Below are positions 31,225 to 44,600 of a DNA stretch of 64,000 nucleotides, piece by piece. Every line of letters starts with the position of its first letter. The first letter of the stretch is position 1. The notes under the pieces were generated by a model. It made no database searches. It was not told the DNA's origin and saw only the letters and a program-made list of their open reading frames with translations. The stretch is from Octopus vulgaris. Its lineage: Eukaryota. A program made the translations under genes and the position numbers. The DNA lies in the NCBI GenBank assembly GCA_951406725.2, contig OX597822.1, positions 105,090,001 to 105,154,000 on the forward strand, in the 5' to 3' direction.

Positions 31225-31618
31225 GTACATGATTTATCCAGCACACTTCTTTGGAGACTCAGTAGAAGACGCACGGGCTTGGCTGGGGATATTTGTGACA
31301 TCCTCCATATTCGCTGCACCTTGCAACTTCAGATTTCCACTTCATTTTGGGATCACCACTACTTTATTATCTTCTCTTCTTCCTAGCTCTTCTGTGTGAT
31401 CCCTATGTCCAGCATTCGCCATGATACATCGCTAGCCAGTACACATTCTTTATTTTCTCTCCCTGTTTCTTTCTGTGTTCCTTTCTGTTGAAGCGCGTAG
31501 GCTCGAAACGTTAAAGACTTTTTTCGCTTCTCGAGCGTTAAACTAATACATCAGTTTATTGTCTACACCACAACAAACAGATGTCTTCGTCTTTTTTTTT
31601 TTTGTAAATTCTCCCTAT
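31225..31618 (+). mobile_element. Longer copy of the CUGUNGA HHR-bearing element
   Basis: 31481-31516 reads cttt-CTGTTGA-a-gcgc(gtag)gctc-GAAA-cg-TT-aaag. The tail matches 23727-23822 and ends CTCCC(TA)n. The 5' boundary is uncertain. Confidence 0.6.
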
Positions 31619-31633
31619 ATATATATAACATGT

Positions 31634-32027
31634 ATTCTTTTATTTGCTTCAGTCATTTGCCTCCGGCCATGCTAGAACATCACCTTTAGTCGAACAAATC
31701 GATCCCATGACTTAGTCTTTGTCTGCTTAGTACTCTTTCTATGGGTGTCTTTAGCCGAAACGCTAGGTAACGGGAGGTAAACGCTCCAACATCGGTTGTC
31801 AAGCGATGCTGGATACATACACACACACACTCACTCACGCGCGCACACACACGCGCACATATATATACGATGGGTTTCTTACAGTTTCCTCCTACCAGAT
31901 GCACTGACAAGGCTTTGGTTGGCTCGAGGCTCTAGTAGATATAACTTGCCCAAGGTGGCACGCAGTGGTACTGAACCTGGAACCATGTGCTTGGGAAACA
32001 TGCTTTTTACCACACAACCATGCCTGC
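31634..32027 (-). mobile_element. Family A SINE, diverged full length
   Basis: Tail, internal CA/TA and head (CTGAACCTGGAACCATGTG..TTACCACACAACCA) are all present. Confidence 0.85.
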
Positions 32028-32058
32028 TATGGCATATATGTATATACATATACGTCAG

Positions 32059-32091
<33 letters not shown>

Positions 32092-32125
32092 CAAGCACAC
32101 ACACACACACACATATATACATATG

Positions 32126-32479
<354 letters not shown>

Positions 32480-32967
32480 CATATGTATATATGTATGTGT
32501 GTGTGTTTGTATGTATGTATATGTATTTATGTGTGTGTATCTATGTAGAATCAGAAAAAGGAAGAAAGAAAGAAAGAAAGGAAAAATGAGCAAGGTGAGA
32601 TCGATGCAACTTAACCTATTCAACAGAAAACGTCTCATAATTATTACAAGTAAATGTTATTCGCTGAGTGAAATGTCGTTAAGCGCATGAAATGGCGCGC
32701 CTTTTTCCACAACCCAGTCATCTATGACTAGCTTATTTAAAACGTCTGTCTAACATCTCATACAGACACGTTAATATATAAATGTTCGACCCATTTTAAT
32801 TCGACCTTTTAGAGAAGATCGATGATATTAAAGTTTGTACGTACAACGACAACACCGTGTATGAGTTTTATATTTATATATTAAGAGATTCTCTGAAACC
32901 TTTGATTTTATTTTGGTTGAAACCAACTAATATACATGGCGTAGAAAAACGTGTACGATTCTGATTA

Positions 32968-33611
32968 ATATTGGTTTCAAATTTTAGCACAATGCCAGCA
33001 ATTTTGGGAAAGTGTATAAGATGATTAGATCGACCCCGAAATGATGAAAAGCAAAGTCGTCCTCAGCGGAATTTGAACTTATAACGTAAATATGGACGAA
33101 ATACCGCTAAACATTTCACCCGTCGTGCTAACGATTCTGCCAGTTAGCCGCCTTACAATTTTGATTAATAATGGTTTCAAATCTTGGCACTAAGCCAGGA
33201 ATTTCGAGGAAGTAAGTAAGTAGATTACATCAATCACAGCTGCTACTTATTTTATCACCCCCGCCCCACGGCAAAGTCGTCCTCAGCTGAATTTGAACTT
33301 ATAACGTAAATATGGACGAAATACCGCTAAACATTTCACCCGTGGTGCTAACGATTCTGACAGTTAGCCGCCTTAATAAAATTATAGTTAACAGTTCTAG
33401 TTAATACGATTCAAGTTTATACAAGGGACTACACATAGAGGGGAAAAACAAGGACAGACAAACGGATTAAGTCAATCACAGTACTCAGCTGCTACTTATT
33501 TTATCGCCCCCGCCCCAAGGCAAAGTCAACCTCAGTGGAATTTGAACTCACAGTATAAAGACGGACGAAATGCCGCTAAGCATTTAAACCGGCGCGTAAA
33601 TGATTCTGCAA
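32968..33611 (-). mobile_element. Head-to-tail array of three family B SINE units
   Basis: GCAAAGTC..CCTCAG..GAATTTGAACT...GGACGAAAT.CCGCTAA.CATTT occurs three times (~33050, ~33270, ~33520). Confidence 0.85.
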
Positions 33612-35232
33612 GTTTTTAATTCTAGTTAGCAGTTCTGGTTAATAATATTCTAGTTTATACAATTCTAGTCAATAAAATCACCAAAAGTCTATAAATAAGC
33701 CATCTCTTATTTTGATAACTATATAAATGGTTAAGCAAAAATGATAACTCACAAACAATTGTTTAGAATACTTAGCAAAATGCGAAATATGTAAAACAGT
33801 GAAAGAACACAGAAAGAATTTCAACTTTATTCCAGAATAGAAACGGATTAATTCTAAGGGAAATTGGATTAGCATTATGAATACTGTTATTAGTAGGTTT
33901 AAAAGTATACCGAACTTACTTTACTTTACTTTACTTTATCTAGTTTCAGCTCACGAGCTGTGGCCGTGCTGGGGCACCGCCATTGTATATAAAAGTAGAA
34001 ATATACTCAGTTCGACATTGCTGTAATTTACACGTGAAAGAAAATTAAATTACGAATAAAAGCAGCTTTATTCATGTAAATATTGTAGTGTGTAACACCA
34101 CTTTTGTCCTTGGGTACCATGTGTTATTTCCTATTCGCTTACTCTTAGAAAGTATCAGAAATTGCTATTTGCTTCAAACTTTTGCTTTGGTATACATTTA
34201 TTCAAACCCCAACGAACCCATATCAACACATGGTTATGATTACCTCCCTGCTTCTGCTACTTGATCAGAGATGCATATACTGTTAGCCACAAAGGGACTT
34301 GTTCAAGTAGTTAAGATCAAGCAACTGACAAACAAATCTGTGATATGGAACAGAATATTTGCTATAATGATAATTCTGTTTCAGCAACTAAGCGCTGAAT
34401 CTGTGTGAAATGTAATGGGAAATAGGTTATAATTTCAAAGCATTGTTGTTCAAGTCACAAAACCAGAGTTTGAACGGTGTTGTAGTCATTTCCTTTGATT
34501 TGTAGATAGTAGCAAATAACACTTACTAGCCAAATGACACAATATACTAGCCAAAGTGAAAAACAAAAGTTTGTAACACAATTTTATCGGTCGCACATAC
34601 ATAGGATTTGAAATTTGTTTAAACGCCATTTACTGGTGACTAGCGTCCAAAGTAAACTCCCTTCATGATGCTGAGTGTTATAGAACGCCGAGTGTCCTAT
34701 CCTAGGCGAGAGAAGTTTCCCCAAAGTGATTTCCTGATGTGTAGATTTTTTTTCCCTCGCGAGTCTATTTTTGGTCGTGGTTGTGAATTTCGTAGGAGCA
34801 TGTTTTAAGCATCTATAGGTGGCAATGTTCAGAAATCACCGTCACGTCGTTTTAATATCAGATGAACTGTGCGCGCAACGCACAGTTGAGTGAAAGATAT
34901 ATTCTAATTGCTCCTCAAATTTGTGAAGAATGATATCGTCGAACAGGTGCAATGGAGCGAGCATGCCGGGAACTAAGGTTGTAGTGCTCAACGTCATTGT
35001 CAAAGTGAAAAGCTTTTCAACTGAAACGGGGCCAGGATAGCTTTGTCTTGTTTGGCTGGCTCAAGCAAAAGTTGGGTTAGGAAAGTTCAATCCATTAGAT
35101 TGTTTTTGCTACTGTTTTGTGTAGTGTAGTGCAGTCAGGGTATTTACATACATACATGCATACATGCATACATACATACCTATATATATATATATATATA
35201 TATATATAGGTATGTATGTATATGTATATATG

Positions 35233-35960
35233 TAGGCGCAGGCGTCGCTGTGTGGTAAGACTGGCGTTGCTGTTGCCCCCATTATTATCATATCTATTTC
35301 TTTATTACCCACAAGGGGCTAAATATAGAGGGGACAAACAAGGACAGACATAGGTATTAAGTCGATTACATCGACCCCAGTGCGTAACTGGTACTTAATT
35401 TTATCGACCCCGAAAGGATGAAAGGCAAAATCGACCTCGGCGGAATTTGAACTCACAACGTAACGGCAGACGAAATACCGCGAATCATTTCGTCCGGCGT
35501 GCTAACGTGTCTGCCAGCTCGCCGTTTATCATTCCATCTCATTATGTCCTTGTCCAGCCCGCAGCTTCCTTTCTTTGTAAGGCCCCTGTAGCCAATCTAA
35601 TGAATAAACGAAGCGTGTTTCCCAACCACATGTCTTCGGGTTCAGTCTCACTGCTATAGCCTTGGGTCGAAAAACTATTGTGTGTGGATTTGGTAGACGG
35701 AAACTGAAAGAAGTCCATCGTATATATATTTATATGTATATGTATATATATATTTGTGTGTCTGTGTTTGTCTCCTAACATCGCGTGACAACAAATGTTG
35801 GTGTGTTTACGTCCCCGTAACATAGCAGTTCGGTACAAGAGACCGATAGAATAAGTACTAGACTTACAAAGGTTAAGTCCTGGGGTCGATTTGTACGACT
35901 AAAGGCCATGCTCCAGCATGGCCGCAGTGAAATGACTGAAGTATAAAAGTATAAAAGAAT
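35233..35960 (+). mobile_element. Family A SINE interrupted within its tRNA head
   Basis: AGGCGCAGGCGTCGCTGTGTGGTAAGA (35233-35260) resumes as AGCGTGTTTCCCAACCACATG (~35612) and runs through to the tail. Confidence 0.8.
35292..35524 (-). mobile_element. Family B SINE, full length, nested
   Basis: Minus strand GGCGAGCTGGCAGACACGTTAG...GAGTTCAAATTCC (B box)...CCTTTCATCCTTTCGGGGTCGATAAA. Flanked by TTATCAT on both sides (probable TSD). Confidence 0.9.
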
Positions 35961-36503
35961 ACTCACGCGCAAAAATTACGGAACAAAATTGATTTCGCGA
36001 AAGATATATTACTAAGCAAAGATTAAGCGTACATATAACTTTTATAAAATATCTTTGTTTATAAGAATGTGGATAAAGAATTAAATATAATAAAGACCTG
36101 TTAAATCATCTGAAGTAGTATTGGCTATCAAGAGATTAGAACGTAGCGAAGATTACAGTTGCAGATGAGTTACGAGTTTGCAGCAAATGGTCGAATTTTG
36201 AAGTTTGTCATAAAGTGCATGTAGAGCGGCAAGCAGTGGAAGTTTCTTCTCTGTGTATTATATCTCGAGCAAGTCAAGATATGGCATACACACACACGTA
36301 CACACACACGTACACACACACATACACACGCACGTACACACCCATAGATATAGATGATTATATGTATATATATATGCGTGTATTTGTGTGTATATTTTCA
36401 TATATATGAACACACGCATATGTAAACATTACATATACACGTATGTATGTATGTATGTATGTATGTATGTATGTATGTATGTATGTATGTATATATATAT
36501 ATG

Positions 36504-36577
<74 letters not shown>

Positions 36578-36633
36578 TGTGTTTGGGTATACGTTCATAT
36601 ATATGAACACACGCATATGTAGCCATTACATAT

Positions 36634-36669
<36 letters not shown>

Positions 36670-36742
36670 GCATGCATGGATATATAGATACGAAAATTCG
36701 CATGTATACTCAAAGAGACACGTGCACAGCGCACACATACCT

Positions 36743-36791
<49 letters not shown>

Positions 36792-38477
36792 TATAAGTAA
36801 TTTTATTGGTCGATGCGTCACAACCAAAGGAATTGGCGAAATGTGCACTTGCTTTTTATCGATTTCTCGACTTAGCTTTGTATCAGAATTGCAATGAGTT
36901 ATCCCTTGCATAGAGATAATGAAATATCAGTCCTTAAGTAAATATCTTCTGCTTATTTTCTATTGTTACTATCTTCTTGAGAGCATATCAAAGATGTCCG
37001 CCAGTAAAGAAAATAGCGTTATTAACTCTTTCTGAAATATATACTCAGAACCCATTTTGAAATACATGATAACACTGTTTACCAGGGGATTCAATACATT
37101 AGAGTTGATACTTCCTCGGCAATATTGACTCTTTTTCTCTCGTGCTCTTAAATGTTCCCGCTCTCTCTTTCTTTCTATCTATCATCCTATATCTCTATCG
37201 TTCTGAATTTATATAAAACATGGCCACAACTCAAAGAAGTACAATCTAAAAGGCGAAAGATGAATATACGTATATATAAATGCGAAACCGTCTTCAGATA
37301 GAATTCTTGATGTAGTGACAATATTTGAAGCAAGATATATTAATAATTAAAAATCATCAATTATATAAGAGAACCTTAGAAAAGAAATGCATTTACACTC
37401 ACACAAACACACTCTAAGTATTATCCATGTACGTAAGCATCATATTATATACACTGCTTTTCTTTTAACCCCCTCCTTTCTCTCGCTCTCTCTCTCTCTC
37501 TCTCTTCCCCCTTATCTTTATATGTATATATACATATATATAAAATAGAGTTTGCTGTGTGGGTGGGGGTGCATTCCTCATTCATTCGAAAACTGAGTTG
37601 CCGATTTTGACGTATGGAATATCAAAAGATTCACCAATTTTTCGGCTACCAAATGAACTTTATTTTCATTTACATATTTGCATTACAAAAAATTAACATT
37701 ACCACAACGACGACGACGTCACATTTTCTATATTAGCGCGTTCGTTACGTGCGTTAGGCCGATGTCAGAGAAGTATTTGTCTGTAACGGTGTATGTGTAT
37801 GTTAGTATACATACATTTTTGTGACGACTGACACACACACACACTCGCACACATGAACACACATATAAAGACACAGACACATAGAGGGACAAAGATAGGC
37901 CTACTGTGTGTGTGAATGTATACCTGTGTGTCTGCATTAGTATATGTATGTGACTGTACCATCCGACAGTGAGACGCACCGATTTTGAAAGTGTTTAGTT
38001 TAGTTGCGGCCTGGACTTTGAACGAACAACAGCGTTCGCTTTGAAGTACCACTCTTTGAATGCAGTTGCGGTTTAAACTGCATTAATGATTATCACTACT
38101 TATGCGCTGAAATATTACTCTGGTTTTTATAACCAAATGAAGATTTAGCTTATTTACAGCACTAACAATACTCGCAAATATATCTGAAAAAAACCCTTCG
38201 AAGCTTTTTCAATATAATTACAGAAATGTTATTTCACTCCTTATAACCAGCTTGAAGATAATGCTTTTTTAAAAGCCCTGGCGTCCTTATCGTATTTCTG
38301 CTTTGCCGTTTTATCATCCACGACCAAAAAAATTTTAAATAAAAGAATCCATTTCTCTGTTTGTTATGAGGAAATGCAGTCGCCGCCCACTCTCTCAATC
38401 TCTCTCTCTCTCTTTCACGTGCATACGCACGTGCACAAAGATTGTACATATGTATTTATGTACGTGTAAATGAAAGA

Positions 38478-38517
<40 letters not shown>

Positions 38518-39831
38518 TGAGTGCCACTAACAAATACATGCAAAATAATTCATACATCACAACACGAACCGTCACGCACACATACACTCTCTCTTTCTCT
38601 ATTTCCCTCTCACACGTACACGTCCATTTCATATAGACGTACAAATATCTTTCTCCTCTTTTTCACTTTCTGCTCTAACTTCAAAGCACATGTTGCCTTT
38701 TCACTTTATCCTCTCTTTCAATGTCATCTCTCTTCAAAGCATAAGGAAATATAAAAAAAATTAACAGAACAATCATATGATCCCATAGGATTGACCATAT
38801 GTTCGAGTTGACAAATTCGCATCTTCGGACGAAAGAATGCCACACATGAAGACACACACATACACACTCACTCTAGGTAAAACTTCTGTACGAATTATGT
38901 TATTTCTGGCTGTGTGCACGCGCAAGTTTACACCTGAAATCCAACTGTAATTACCTTTTTCTGTTCTGTAATTTGTTTTTTGTGATGAGCGTATCTAAAA
39001 TCCTGATCTTCTGTATAAACTCAAAAGGAAGGTTTCCCAAATATCCTATCCTTTACTTCTTCTCTCTAGCATATCCGAGGTGACATTTACGCTCCACCCC
39101 TTATACTTTTTCTAAATTTCTTTCAATTCCTATGTTTGCAATTCAAGGGATTAGTATTTCACCCATATAATGAATTCTTAATATTCTTATTTTCTCCCTC
39201 CCCACTACAAATGCTTCATTTTTACTTTTTCCAAATTCTTTCCTTAATAATCCATGGAGAATAAAGCAGAGAGTACGAATCTTTAAGAATTTTCTTCTTC
39301 CTTCTTAAAGAAACACTAAAATCTCCTTCTCAAGCATCCACCCATGACCTCTCCACTTTTAAAACGCTACAAACTCCCAATGTTACTACTTATAACTTTC
39401 TGGATATCGGGAAGGTTTCTTCAGAAATAATTTCGTTTACCTGCTATTTCTAGCATGTCACGTATTCTGATGGCTGTTCGGTATTTTTTGCGTTTCCTAT
39501 TTCAGTACAATTCTAAGCATGCGTGAAACATCAGACGAAAGTGAAACATTGGAAGATTTTCGCATTTTCTGTGATCCTTCTTAAGAACAGAATATACTTT
39601 CATGCAAACCCATGCAAACTGCACCTTCTCTTTTGACTTTTAAGCAAATGATAACTTACATTACGCCAGTAATCCAGTTCACTATATATCAGCTGTAGTG
39701 ATTCTGCCTACGAAAAAGGAACAAATAATACAATGCGGTTGAGGTCATAACACCCGGGCAATGCCGAGTTGCATTGCTTGTGTGTGTGTGTATATATGTA
39801 TATATATTGCTTGTGTATGCATGTATGTGTG

Positions 39832-39865
<34 letters not shown>

Positions 39866-39900
39866 AACATAAGTATATATATAATATGCATATATATAAG

Positions 39901-39942
<42 letters not shown>

Positions 39943-40052
39943 GATACATTCGTATACGCATATATAAAAGTGTGTGCGTGTGCGTGTGTGTACACATTTA
40001 TGTATCTAAATATCTATCTTTATGCATATGTTTATATATATATATAATTATA

Positions 40053-40454
40053 CTAGCAGTATCGCCCGGCGTTGCTCGGGTTTGTAAGGGAAATAACTAT
40101 ATAAGTATTTTTAGAGAGTTATAGCCAAAAGATAGCAAAAAATGCATTAAAAATAGAAAAAAAATGATGGTAAATTTTTTTTTAAATCGTCGACTCATCG
40201 TAGTCATTTTTAGAGAGTTACTTCCCTTATATAATAGCGAAAAAATGCATTAAAATGGAAAAAAATGATGGTAATTTATTTTTAAAATCGTAGACTAATC
40301 GTAGACGCGCGCTAATACCCAGAAGGGCTCGATATGAATCACGACTATAAGATACCCGGTTTTGGTTAAACTGCACCGCAAAATGTGGGAGTAGTTAGGA
40401 ATCTAAATCATAGGAGACAGACAGCACACAACCTCACTTTTATATATATAAAGA
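40053..40454 (-). mobile_element. Non-autonomous Helitron, second copy
   Basis: Reverse complement of 5365-5747, with TC...CTAG ends, the hairpin and an A|T insertion site. Confidence 0.9.
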
Positions 40455-40882
40455 TATGTGTGTGTGCGCGCGCGCGTGTCTGCGTGTGTGGAGAAAAGAA
40501 AGAGAAAAGCCCCCAACAGATTTATTAGGAGTGACATGCATTGTTAGTCTTGAAAACAGCTTCATTGGACTCCACGTGATTTCCGTAAAGCTGCACAGGC
40601 TTCTAAGAGAAACCTTGTTCAGGCTCAAATTACTAATTAACCTGAGCCAGGACGACTGAGGTCCCTGTTTGAACCCTGCGGATATTTACGTTGCTTGAAA
40701 TCGAACCAAACAGTTTTAAATTATGTTTATAGTGTGTATGTGCGTGCATATACACACACACATACATATATACATACATACATACATACATACATGCATG
40801 CATACACAGGCGTATGTACGTACATGCATACGTACTTACATACACACATGTATGCATACATACACACATACATACGTACATA

Positions 40883-41301
40883 CTCTTTTACTCTTTACTC
40901 TTTTACTTGTTTCAGTCATTTGACTGCGGCCATGCTGGAGCACCGCCTTTAGTCGATCAAATCGACCCCGGGACTTATTCTTTGTAAGCCCAGTACTTAT
41001 TCTATCGGTCTCTATTGCCGAACAGCTAAGTGACGGGGACGTAAGCACACCAGCATCCGTTGTCAAGCAACGCTAGGGGGACAAACACAGACACACAAAT
41101 ACACACACACACACACACACATATATATACATATATACGACAGGCTTCTTTCAGTTTCCGTCTACCAAATCCACTCACAAGGCATTGGTCGGCCCGGGGC
41201 TATAGCAGAAGACACTTGCCCAAGATGCCACGCAGTGGGACTGAACCCGGAACCATGTGGTTGGTTAGCAAGCTACTTACCACACAGCCACTCCTGCGCC
41301 T
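40883..41301 (-). mobile_element. Family A SINE, full length, young
   Basis: Close match to the reverse complement of 22818-23280; (GAGTAAAA)n tail. Confidence 0.92.
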
Positions 41302-41351
41302 ATACATGTATATGACGAACTAACTGTTACTTTCTCAGATGCAGCACGGAT

Positions 41352-41400
41352 TTTTGTCAGTGAACAGGTCGCGGATTTTAGCGACGAAAATATTTTGAAA
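41352..41400 (+). ncRNA. Hammerhead-like motif with a compensatory G3:C8 core
   Basis: ttttgtca-GTGAACA-g-gtcgc(ggatttta)gcgac-GAAA-atat-TT-tga; the palindromic stem III is AATATT. Confidence 0.55.
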
Positions 41401-41595
41401 TATTAATGTAACTCTGTATGTAACATATATTCCTGTATATACGGAAGTATGGATGTACGTATGCATAAAGTAAGACACATAAAGTGCTTTCCTCTGTCGA
41501 TATAATTCCGAATTTCCTCCTTTCGAATTTCTAAAGGATAGGAAACGGCAAACCTGATGGGAAATTTATAGGCATTGTGACTATGTATAAGAAAA

Positions 41596-41761
41596 AGGCG
41601 CGGTCGTGGCTCCGTGGTAAGAAGCTTGCTCCACAACCACATGCTTCCGAGTTCACCACTGCGTGGCACCTCGGGCAAGTGCCTTCTATTATAGCCTCGG
41701 GCCGAACAAAGCCTTGTGGGTGGATTTAGTAGACACAAAAACTGAAGAAAGTATGTCGTAC

Positions 41762-41795
<34 letters not shown>

Positions 41796-42010
41796 ATGTT
41801 TGTGTATATGTGTTGTCACCTAACATCGCTTCTCAACCGGTGCTGGTGTGTTTACGTCCCCGTAACTTAGTAGTTCGGCAAAAAAGACCGATAGAATAAG
41901 TACTAGACTTACAAAGAATAAGTCCTGGGGTCGACTTCTTCGACTAAAGGCGGTGCTCCAGCATGGCCGCAGTCAAATGACTGAAACAAATATAAGAAAA
42001 TAAGAATAGA
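41596..42010 (+). mobile_element. Family A SINE, full length
   Basis: Head, internal microsatellite and tail are all present. Confidence 0.9.
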
Positions 42011-42046
42011 ATATAAATATATATATTCGCTACCATAAATACATAC

Positions 42047-42095
<49 letters not shown>

Positions 42096-42110
42096 CATAT
42101 ATATACCCCG

Positions 42111-42142
<32 letters not shown>

Positions 42143-42263
42143 ATATAACAATATATATATATATATATATAAATATATATATACGTTTAAATATTTGTTG
42201 TCCCGATCAAGATTTTTTATTGCAGAAGACTAAATGTCTGGCAATATGACCATTCCGAAATAT

Positions 42264-42372
<109 letters not shown>

Positions 42373-42827
42373 AAGAGAGAGAGAGAGAGAGAGAGAGAGA
42401 TGTATGTATGTGTGTGTGTGCATGTATATTCATAACTATATAACTATATATGTATTGAGTGCTGCGTATTTTCTGATACTATCATTAAACCATAGTTATT
42501 AAATAATTTCAACCAACTGACAGTCAGACAGTACAATACTTTGCTTCTGCATATGAACACTACCAATGCTTTGTCAATCCCAAACTATGAAAAAAAGATA
42601 GAGCGAATCAGACCGTATATAAATGCTATTTAATGAGGTAAATTATGCACAGCTTGTCGAAAATTCCAATAATTACTAAACGATTTACCGAAAGCATGGC
42701 ACCTGTTAGCAAGTTATCAAGATCTCTGGTAGTAGCAGTTGGAATTATGGCACGTGTGTATGTGTGTATATGTACGTGTATCTACATGCACTTTTGAGTA
42801 TATGGGAGTGTATACTCAGATACATAC

Positions 42828-42878
<51 letters not shown>

Positions 42879-42923
42879 TATATGTGTGTGTGTATCTATG
42901 CATGTGCAAATGTGAATGTCTGC

Positions 42924-43140
42924 GAGGGCGGATGGCTTAGTGGTTGGGATGTTTAACTGACTATCTCGAGTTCGTGGTTCCAATTCGTGGACAGGATGGT
43001 GCGTTGTGTTCTTCAGAAGGACAGTTCATCTATCGTTGCTCTACGATCACTTTGACACCTGGCGCGTGGTACACCCAGCACCTGTTCAGGCAATGAGAAT
43101 TTCATGGAGGGAGTGAACTAACGTGCAACACAAACATTTT
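42924..43140 (+). mobile_element. Old tRNA-derived SINE related to the family D head
   Basis: TGGCTTAGTGG A box, GGTTCCAATTC B-box-like sequence, then GCGTTGTGTTCTT..; the body differs from family D. Confidence 0.6.
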
Positions 43141-43281
43141 TATTTTTTACTATAAACAAATCGTTTGTTAACCAAGTAATTGCAGAATCATCTTTTTACG
43201 ATTATTTAATCGTCTGTTTGTCTAACTCTCTGCCTACCTGCCTACATCCTTGCCCACCTGTGTATCTATCTATCTATCTAC

Positions 43282-43447
<166 letters not shown>

Positions 43448-43504
43448 GTCTATCTATCTGTCTGTCTATCTATCTATCTGTATGAATGAATGTATGTATG
43501 AGAA

Positions 43505-43535
<31 letters not shown>

Positions 43536-44120
43536 CACACACACACACATAGACCGTTTAAGTTGGTAAATACTGTCCGGTCATTTGTTGCTGAATGTAC
43601 GTTAAAGATTTCAAAGGTGGAAGCAAAAGACCCTATTGTGTCTTCTGTATTCCAGTAAAACACTCTTCTAATTTACAACTACTTTCCCACTTTCCAGAAG
43701 CAATAACTATATTTCCATGGATTTCGCCTTTCAAACCTCCATGTGTTTAACTGCTGGTACTAATTAATTTAACCATAGAATTTATTGGAAATTCTAAATC
43801 AAAATAGACGGCATTAATTTTCACACGTTACCTTTCTGAGACAGAGTGCGGGTATGTTAATAGAATACCAGGCCACGCAGACGATTAGACAAAGAACAGG
43901 AAAACATCACAGACACAATAAAAGATATTGGACCGTGTTTATGATTTTTACGCTGAAAGTCACACCACCACTGTAAAAACATATTTCTCATATATTGGTG
44001 TTGTCATAGATATATATGCATGCACATAGATTTGAAATATGGTATATATACATATATATATATATAGATAGATAGATAGATATATAGATAGATAGATAGA
44101 TAGATAGAAAGGTAGAAAGG

Positions 44121-44213
<93 letters not shown>

Positions 44214-44225
44214 CAAAGCAGTTTG

Positions 44226-44292
44226 ATTCAAATTCGTTGGTACTCTTGAGTTTCAAGCGTGATGCTAGTCGTCAGCCATTTCGAATTCGAAT
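44226..44292 (-). ncRNA. Type I hammerhead ribozyme with an extended stem I
   Basis: attcgaattcg-aaa-tgg-CTGACGA-ct-agc(atcac)gct-t-GAAA-ctc(aa)gag-TA-cca-a-cgaatttgaat. Predicted cut between 44241 and 44240. Confidence 0.75.
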
Positions 44293-44299
44293 GACAGAA

Positions 44300-44600
44300 A
44301 CCGAATGTTATGACCGTAAGGTGGGCTGCGATTGGTCGAGGAAGGTCGCGCGGTGTCGTGCTTTGATGATTGTATAGCCATATATTTATGCTCAGCTTCC
44401 GAGTAGTTTCCATCTATTATGACTTTACTAAGAAGCATGAGCAGGATGAGGCGCAGGGAAGCTCCAACGCAGAATTTCATATCTTGAGGAAAAAACATGA
44501 ATCTTCGCCATGCAGCCATTCCTGCGCTAGCCGTTTTATGTGAATCGCTTTTGCTCTTCGTGTTGATTGTGTTCTTGTTAAAATTCATAGCAGAATGGCA
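44300..44600 (-). pseudogene. Decayed Penelope-like GIY-YIG endonuclease remnant
   Basis: The minus strand reads FPCASSCSCFLVKS**METTRKLSI....DLPRPIAAHL, resembling F.C.SS..C..C.K.YIGET.RKL..R..H....P.A.HF. Confidence 0.55.

Noticed and set aside
34590-35100. Higher-complexity, GC-richer stretch as a candidate host exon
   Set aside because: No sustained ORF or recognisable domain; a small exon cannot be excluded without RNA data.
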